From Roseomonas sp. (lineage in GTDB: Bacteria; Pseudomonadota; Alphaproteobacteria; Acetobacterales; Acetobacteraceae): a stretch of DNA of 64,000 bases. Position numbers and translations under genes: made by a program. The notes beneath the pieces were generated by a model. That model saw nothing but the letters and a program-made list of their open reading frames with translations. It was not told the DNA's origin and searched no databases. The stretch spans positions 16,346 to 80,345 of the forward strand of contig JADCFN010000056.1 in the NCBI GenBank assembly GCA_020249505.1, given 5' to 3'. The number at the start of each line of letters is the position of its first letter. Position 1 is the stretch's first letter. This document shows positions 58,165 to 64,000 of the stretch, piece after piece.

Positions 58165-59883
58165 TCAGCGCGCGTAAAGCCGATCAAGGCGCACAATGCG
58201 ATTGAGGATCATCAGCAAAAGCACAGTGCCTATAATCAGAATCGCCGAGACCGCATGCACGGTGGGTTCCAGGCTGAAACTGGCTTCAGCATAAATCCGC
58301 ACGGGCAAGGTTGTCATGCGCGCGGTGGTCAAGAAGCTGGTGACGGTTACCTCGCCGAAGGAAATCAGAAAGCTCATGATGCTGGCCGCCAGAAGCCCAG
58401 GTGCAAGCCCCGGCATTACTATCAGAAAGAACCGCCACGGCGCCGAAGCGCCAAGGCTTGCCGCCGCATCTTCCTGCGCCTTGTCGAGTTGTTCGACGGA
58501 AGCCTGAAGCAAGGTGATCGAAAAGGGCAGCACCAGCACCACATGCACGGCGAGCATGCCAAGAAAGGATGGGATGGCCGTGAAGACCTGCAAAAGCTTG
58601 AGCATGCCAACACCAATCGCGACATGCGGCAGGGAAAGCGGCAGGGTCCAGAAGGCCGAAAGCCCTGTCAGGCCGGGAAAGCGATGGCGCGAAAGGGCGA
58701 AAGCCGCAGGGAGTGCGAGCGCAATCGCAACCACTGCCGTTGCTGCCGCAAGCTGCACGGAAATCCAGAAACTGGCCGCATAGGCGCCGCCAAACAGCAC
58801 CCTTTCATACCATTTCAGCGTAAAGGCACGAAAACCCGCAACGGTTGCCTGCGGTACGTGATTGAAACTTTGGATCAGCACCAGCACCAAGGGCAGAAGC
58901 AGCAGCATAAGGCTGCATGCCAAAAGCAGCTTGCCAATGCTTGGGCCGAAAAGATCAATTACCCTGATCACCCAACCCGGCAGCGTGCTAAAGCCGGAAG
59001 GCGCACCATGCCGCCAGGGTGTGAGCCGACGAGTGACCCAAATGACCAGGAGCGCGAAAAGGGTGCTCGCCAAAGTCATCACCAAGGCCAAGGCAGCCGC
59101 CAGGGGCGCATTCAGATTCTGCAGGGCTTCCTGCCAAACCAGCATGCCTGTTGTCCAAACCTTCTTGCCGCCCAGAAGTGTCGCGGAAACATAGGCGGTA
59201 GAGGCCATCAGAAACACTATGATGATGCCGGCGCGCAGCCCCGGCAGCGAGAGCGGCAAATCCACCAAAAACACCCGCACAGTGCGCGAAGCACCAAGGC
59301 TCTCTGCCGCTTCATGCACACGCGGGCTGGTGCCCTGCAAGACATCATAAAGCGCCAGCACCATGAAGGGCATGAAGACCTGCGCGAGTGCCAGCGCCAC
59401 GGCGCCATGGGTATAGAGCATCTGCCGAAAGGCGGGGATGCCGAATAGGCCAAGCACCTGGTTGATCAGCCCATCCGGCGCCAGCAGCAGCACGATCCCA
59501 AGCGAACGCACGACAACATTGGTAAGCAGCGGGATCAGAATGACCGCGAAAGCCAAGGGACGCCACTTCACGGGCAGCCGCACCAGCCATAGCGCCAAGG
59601 GATAGCCAAGCAGAACAGTAAGTGCCGTCACACCCGCGCCAAGCAGCAAGGTTTCGATGATGATACGAACAAGAAACGCATCGCCAAAAATGCTGGCGAA
59701 TTGCGCGACCGATGGGGGTTGCAGCACCGGCCCGAAAGGATCGGGGTATTCATGCAGCGAAAGCAGCGTCAGCACCGCAAAGGGTGCGACGAAGGTCAGC
59801 AAAAGCCAAAAGGTGACCGGAAACGCGAGAATAGGCCCAAGCAAAGGCCGTGTTGTTGGCGTTCCGGTCACGGTCTGGATCAA
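58165..59883 (-). CDS. ABC transporter permease, fused double-domain (PotB+PotC / FbpB-like)
   Basis: Two tandem 6-TM permease modules, each with an EAA loop (HEAAESLGASR..., EDAAASLGAS...). The probable TTG at 59883 overlaps the SBP stop (TTGA). GTG at 59871 is an alternative, and the ORF is open to 59946. Confidence 0.85.
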   Translation of the reverse strand: MIQTVTGTPTTRPLLGPILAFPVTFWLLLTFVAPFAVLTLLSLHEYPDPFGPVLQPPSVAQFASIFGDAFLVRIIIETLLLGAGVTALTVLLGYPLALWLVRLPVKWRPLAFAVILIPLLTNVVVRSLGIVLLLAPDGLINQVLGLFGIPAFRQMLYTHGAVALALAQVFMPFMVLALYDVLQGTSPRVHEAAESLGASRTVRVFLVDLPLSLPGLRAGIIIVFLMASTAYVSATLLGGKKVWTTGMLVWQEALQNLNAPLAAALALVMTLASTLFALLVIWVTRRLTPWRHGAPSGFSTLPGWVIRVIDLFGPSIGKLLLACSLMLLLLPLVLVLIQSFNHVPQATVAGFRAFTLKWYERVLFGGAYAASFWISVQLAAATAVVAIALALPAAFALSRHRFPGLTGLSAFWTLPLSLPHVAIGVGMLKLLQVFTAIPSFLGMLAVHVVLVLPFSITLLQASVEQLDKAQEDAAASLGASAPWRFFLIVMPGLAPGLLAASIMSFLISFGEVTVTSFLTTARMTTLPVRIYAEASFSLEPTVHAVSAILIIGTVLLLMILNRIVRLDRLYAR

Positions 59884-60926
59884 CCCGCGATTTCGCGGTT
59901 GAAGCGGCTGGTCCAGGCGGGCTGATTGCGAATGACCACATCCCAATCGAAATCAACCAGCCTGGCCACATCCGGCCCCAGCCCGAGTTTTGGCTGCAAA
60001 TCGGCAGGAATGGGAAGGTTCTTCACCGTCGGCGAATAATAGATCTGCTGCGCATAGGCCAGCATGCAAGGTGCCGACAGGTGCAGATTGACCCATTCTT
60101 CCGCAAGCTTCTGGTTGCGCGTGCCAACCGTGATGCAGGCAACATTCATGGCAATCGCCTGCCCTTCCGCCGGATTGGCGATTTCGATATTGGGATTGCG
60201 TGTTTCGGCATAGCTCCGCGTAAAGCTGCCAAACTCAACCGAGATATCCGCAACACCCTGATCGAACATGCCGTAAAGCTGATCCTGACTGCCTTGGATC
60301 ACGGCGAAGGGCTTCAATTCCCTGATCTTGCGGAAGCCGACATCAATCGCGTTCTCACTGCCACCGAAAACCTTGGCGGCCATCAGCAAGCCGGCCGTGC
60401 CCTGCGCCCCGGGATAGGATGGCCAGGCGATGCGGCCGCGCCATTCCGGGTTCCATAAATCCTGCCAGCTTGTGACGGGCTTGGCGGCCTTGCGCTTGTC
60501 ATAGACCACCGTGACGGGGTTGAAGGCAACGCCATAACCGCCGAGCTTGGCCACATCATAAAGATTGGCGAATTGCGGCACGGCATCGGTCGGCGCTTGT
60601 GTCACACCATCCCGCACGGCCTGCCGGCTTTCGAAGATATTGAGATAAATCACATCGAAGCTTGGGCGACCACGTTCGGCATAGGCGCGCGCGCGGCGTT
60701 CTGGTGTGCCGCCCAGAACATAGCTGACCTTCACGCCCGGATACTTCGCCAATACCGCCTTTTCCACGTGCTCACGCACTATGCGTTCCTGCGCACCACC
60801 CCAGATGCCGACCACAAGTTCATCGCCGGCCTTGGGTTGGGCGACAGCAGTACGGGTGAAATGCAAAGGCGCGGCAAGACCCGCACCAAGAAGCAAGCGA
60901 CCAATCTGTCTGCGCGTTGTTGTCAT
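59880..60926 (-). CDS. ABC transporter substrate-binding protein (PotD/PotF-like, family 1)
   Basis: Tat-like/signal N-terminus MTTTRRQIGRLLLGAGLAAP...AVAQ and a PotD-like fold pattern. The ORF is open to 60974 but would then overlap the ATPase gene. Confidence 0.85.
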   Translation of the reverse strand: MTTTRRQIGRLLLGAGLAAPLHFTRTAVAQPKAGDELVVGIWGGAQERIVREHVEKAVLAKYPGVKVSYVLGGTPERRARAYAERGRPSFDVIYLNIFESRQAVRDGVTQAPTDAVPQFANLYDVAKLGGYGVAFNPVTVVYDKRKAAKPVTSWQDLWNPEWRGRIAWPSYPGAQGTAGLLMAAKVFGGSENAIDVGFRKIRELKPFAVIQGSQDQLYGMFDQGVADISVEFGSFTRSYAETRNPNIEIANPAEGQAIAMNVACITVGTRNQKLAEEWVNLHLSAPCMLAYAQQIYYSPTVKNLPIPADLQPKLGLGPDVARLVDFDWDVVIRNQPAWTSRFNREIAG

Positions 60927-60955
60927 GGGTTTGTCCTTCCAGGGATGGGTTTCAG

Positions 60956-61987
60956 TCACGACAGAAAGCTGCAACCGCCAGCAAGCGCGGTTATGTGGCA
61001 GGCACTGCCAATGGCAGGCAGCGGCGTATCTGAAGGTGAGAGAACGCGCACCGCTCCGGCTGGCGTATCCACCTCAACCTCGTAATCATCACCAAGGTAA
61101 ATGGCTGAAGTCACCACGCCGCCAAGCCGCAAGGGGCCCTGTGGCATTGCTGAAAGCCGCAAGCGCGCTGCGCGAAGGATGATTGCCCTTGCGTCAGCCG
61201 GCGCCTCAGCACAGCTCAGCCCCTCTGCTTCAAAAACACTATCGCGACTGCGGCCCGCAATGACAGTGCGTGCACCCAGGAAGGAAGCAGTGAAGGCTTC
61301 CTGCGGATGATCACACAGCGCCTGAGGTGACCCCAATTCGATCAGCTTGCCCTGCTGCATCACCGCGATACGATCCGACATCGCAAGTGCTTCTTCCTGA
61401 TCATGCGTCACGAAAAGCGTCGTGATAGCCAGGCGCTGTTGCAGGCGCCGGATTTCGCCCCGCATTTCAACGCGTAGATTTGCATCCAGATTGGATAAGG
61501 GTTCATCCAATAACAAGACATCCGGTTCTATCACCAGCGCGCGCGCAAGTGCCACACGCTGCTGTTGCCCGCCGGAAAGCTGCGATGGATAGCGATTGGC
61601 AAGGTGTGACAGCGCCACCATTTCAAGCGCCGCCCCGGCCTTGCGCTGGCATTCCGCCTGGCCAATGCCGCGCATGCGCAGCCCAAAGGCAACATTGCGC
61701 AGAATATCCATATGCGGAAACAGCGCATAGGATTGAAAGACGACGCCCATATTGCGCCGATGCGCGGCAAGCCGTGTGATATCCTTGCCATTCACCTGCA
61801 CGCGACCCGCTGAGGGGGCAATGAAGCCCGCCACCATGCGCAGCGTTGTTGTCTTGCCGCAGCCTGAAGGGCCGAGAAGCGCGACAAGCTCTCCCTTGGC
61901 GACTTCAAGCGTCACTGCATCCACCGCGAGCGTCGTCCCGAATTGGGCAGAAATGCCGTTAAGAATAAGATAGGGCGGTGGTTTCAT
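60956..61987 (-). CDS. ABC transporter ATP-binding protein (PotA/MalK-like)
   Basis: Walker A GPSGCGKTT, signature LSGGQQQRVALAR, Walker B LLLDEPLS, and a C-terminal TOBE-like domain. Confidence 0.93.
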   Translation of the reverse strand: MKPPPYLILNGISAQFGTTLAVDAVTLEVAKGELVALLGPSGCGKTTTLRMVAGFIAPSAGRVQVNGKDITRLAAHRRNMGVVFQSYALFPHMDILRNVAFGLRMRGIGQAECQRKAGAALEMVALSHLANRYPSQLSGGQQQRVALARALVIEPDVLLLDEPLSNLDANLRVEMRGEIRRLQQRLAITTLFVTHDQEEALAMSDRIAVMQQGKLIELGSPQALCDHPQEAFTASFLGARTVIAGRSRDSVFEAEGLSCAEAPADARAIILRAARLRLSAMPQGPLRLGGVVTSAIYLGDDYEVEVDTPAGAVRVLSPSDTPLPAIGSACHITALAGGCSFLS

Positions 61988-62032
61988 GGTGCCTGCGTGA
62001 GCCCCATTGCATGCAATCCAAGGACCATACCG

Positions 62033-63118
62033 CTAAACATGCGCGATGACCGCAACAGGTCCGCCGCCATCCGGCCCCTGATGCTCAGCCCCGCCCGAGA
62101 CAAACAGGCGCGTATCGCCGATCACCCCGGCCAGGACACCACCCACCAGCGCGCGCGCATGGCGCGTTGCATTGATATCGCTGTCATCACGCATGATATG
62201 GCGCGCGCCGCGAATGGTGCTGCCATGGGGAGGTTCAGCCTTGGCCAGCACGGCGGCGATGCGTCCGCGTGCCGCGTCATCAAGCTGGCCATGGCCCTTG
62301 AGACCAAGCTCATCCAGGGTGGCCCAAAGGGCGAGCGAATCAATGCCGTCCTTCATGACACGATGGGCGATGGCAAGATCACCGGTCCAGGTGCTGGAAT
62401 TGCCGAGCACCATGATTTCATTGCGCATCAGTTCAATACCGGCGGAGGTACTTGCCACACCTGAATGCAGTGACCAATCGGCGCAAACCACCCTATCGGT
62501 CGCGTGAGCAGCATCCAATTCACCAAGGGCAACCGCAACCCCAAGCGCCGAGGCGCCGCGCGAAAAGCCCATGGATTCATAGGTATCAACGCAAACCACA
62601 TCCTGCCCTTCGGCGCGTTCCGCTGTCAGCAACGGGCATTTCACCTGGACATAATGCACATCCCTGGGATTGGTAATGCCGGCCTGTGCCATGGCAGCGC
62701 GCACGGCACGGGCGGTCTCCTGTATTTGTGCAGCGCGGCCTATTTCGGAAGCGCTGAAATCCCGCGTGAAGCCGGTACCGATTGCCAGCCGCTTGCCGGT
62801 TGGCTTTGACCCGGCATCCTCGGCAACCGCAAAGACAATCATATGCGGGCTGAGGCCACCTTCCGTCCCGCCCGACATCACCAGCGCAATGCGCGCCCCA
62901 ACCTCAGAGGGTGTCATCTGCATCGCCTCAGCAAGGGCCAATTTCATCGCAAGTGTGGCGTAACCGCGCGTGAAGTCATTCACGCAGCCATTGCCTTCAG
63001 TTTTGCCCAGGATGGCCACGATGTTTGACGGATCAAGCCGTCCTGCCGCGAAGGCAGCCTTCAGCGCCGACATATCCGCGGGATCGCGCATGGGCAGACG
63101 TTCAACAATAGCGCGCAT
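62033..63118 (-). CDS. Ring-opening amidohydrolase (cyanuric acid amidohydrolase AtzD/TrzD / barbiturase family)
   Basis: Hallmark motifs in the three repeats: ILGKTEGNGCVNDF, VMSGGTEGG, VQVKCPLLT, FSRGASALG, AKAEP, FVSGGAEHQGP. Confidence 0.88.
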   Translation of the reverse strand: MRAIVERLPMRDPADMSALKAAFAAGRLDPSNIVAILGKTEGNGCVNDFTRGYATLAMKLALAEAMQMTPSEVGARIALVMSGGTEGGLSPHMIVFAVAEDAGSKPTGKRLAIGTGFTRDFSASEIGRAAQIQETARAVRAAMAQAGITNPRDVHYVQVKCPLLTAERAEGQDVVCVDTYESMGFSRGASALGVAVALGELDAAHATDRVVCADWSLHSGVASTSAGIELMRNEIMVLGNSSTWTGDLAIAHRVMKDGIDSLALWATLDELGLKGHGQLDDAARGRIAAVLAKAEPPHGSTIRGARHIMRDDSDINATRHARALVGGVLAGVIGDTRLFVSGGAEHQGPDGGGPVAVIAHV

Positions 63119-63167
63119 CTATGGAAAACTCCTTCGAACTCACGAAAGAAAAAAACGAAGCCATGAC

Positions 63168-63992
63168 CTAGGGAGCATTGTAAAGGGTTTTGCGCGTCAG
63201 CCGTTCCAGCGGATAGGCATGCACTTCGCGGCAAAGCTGCACCAGCGCCTTCGCGGCGCGTTGCACCACCAAGCCGCCGCGATCCGCATCGGCCGAAGCG
63301 GCATCACCGCAGGCGCCTGATGGCTCCAGATCCTGTGTTTGCCAGCCAAAGCCAACGGCACCTTCCGGTGTCAGCATACCGCCGGCTTCTTCGATCTTAA
63401 CTGATATTGGGGCGAAATTCGCAGCATGCTCCATAGCGATCAAATCGCGATGCAAATGCAGCATGACGCTGGTTTCAACTTCGCCGCCATGGATGCCGTG
63501 CTTCAATTCCATGGCACTGAAAAGATCATCCTGCTTGGTGATATTCCACCAGGTGGCGGTCACGACGAACATCTCATGCCGCACGCGCAATTCCCGGGCT
63601 ACAATATCCGCTACTTGTGGCTGCCCACCATGGGAATTGAACAGAATCAGCTTGCGGCAGCCGGCGCGCAGTACGCTTTCCCCAATATCAAACCACAGCC
63701 GAAATAGCGTTTCATGCGAAAGGCTGAGCGTTCCGGGGAAGGCGTGATGTTCATTGGATTTGCCAATCGGCATCATTGGCAGCACCAGCACCGGCAGGTC
63801 ATCCGGCATCATGCACACAGCCTGATTGATGATGCCCTGATTGATCGCGGCATCCACCTTGATCGGCAGATGCGGGCCATGCTGTTCCGTCGCGGCAACC
63901 GGCAGAATGGCAACCAGGTTTGCCATATACATTTCGGCGAAATCCTTGGTGGAATGGTCCCACCACCAATGGGATTTGAAGCGCTGTTTCAT
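63168..63992 (-). CDS. Creatininase family protein (second, divergent paralog)
   Basis: ATEQHGPHLP, FPGTLSL and LFNSHGGQ motifs. 274 aa and complete within the window. Confidence 0.85.
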   Translation of the reverse strand: MKQRFKSHWWWDHSTKDFAEMYMANLVAILPVAATEQHGPHLPIKVDAAINQGIINQAVCMMPDDLPVLVLPMMPIGKSNEHHAFPGTLSLSHETLFRLWFDIGESVLRAGCRKLILFNSHGGQPQVADIVARELRVRHEMFVVTATWWNITKQDDLFSAMELKHGIHGGEVETSVMLHLHRDLIAMEHAANFAPISVKIEEAGGMLTPEGAVGFGWQTQDLEPSGACGDAASADADRGGLVVQRAAKALVQLCREVHAYPLERLTRKTLYNAP

Positions 63993-64000
63993 ACGTCAGT

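Noticed and set aside
57817-59448. 543-aa ORF on the plus strand
   Set aside because: It is antisense to the fused ABC permease and the cupin gene. Composition is Arg/His/Gln/Gly-rich with no TM or domain signature, so it is a shadow ORF.

Overview
High-G+C alphaproteobacterial chromosome segment. The gene order (rpsU/COQ9-def, glmUS, gatCAB, ruvX, pyrB-pyrC', plsY-dprA-topA-rnr) suggests Rhodospirillales/Acetobacteraceae, but that is inference only. Roughly 0-40 kb is core housekeeping: guaB, rlmE, ppx-like, tRNA-Gln, def, rpsU, rpsD, glmU, glmS, gatCAB, ruvX, pyrB, plsY, dprA, topA, rnr, an S41 peptidase, cytochrome c and an MCP. A few lineage-specific modules are interspersed. Roughly 40.2-64 kb is a dense catabolic and transport block, with no regulator, integrase or transposase that I could recognise. 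It holds four ABC/Bug uptake systems, two M20 peptidases, a DapA-like lyase, a three-domain fused HcnABC/opine-oxidase-like flavoprotein, an SDR, a PanE-like reductase, two creatininase-family proteins, a cupin and an AtzD/barbiturase-family ring-opening amidohydrolase. No CRISPR array, IS element or rRNA was seen. Best candidates for undescribed biology: (1) a tightly coupled three-gene envelope module at 7.2-10.4 kb (polytopic coiled-coil membrane protein, Cys-rich lipoprotein, PG-binding lytic transglycosylase), followed on the same strand by an XRE regulator and a small tail-anchored membrane protein; (2) the AtzD-like + creatininase-family + cupin + Pot-type ABC locus at 57.7-64 kb; (3) the single-polypeptide fusion of all three HcnA/B/C-type modules at 45.2-48.1 kb. 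All functional calls come from reading the translated ORFs and recalling family motifs. No database search was run.
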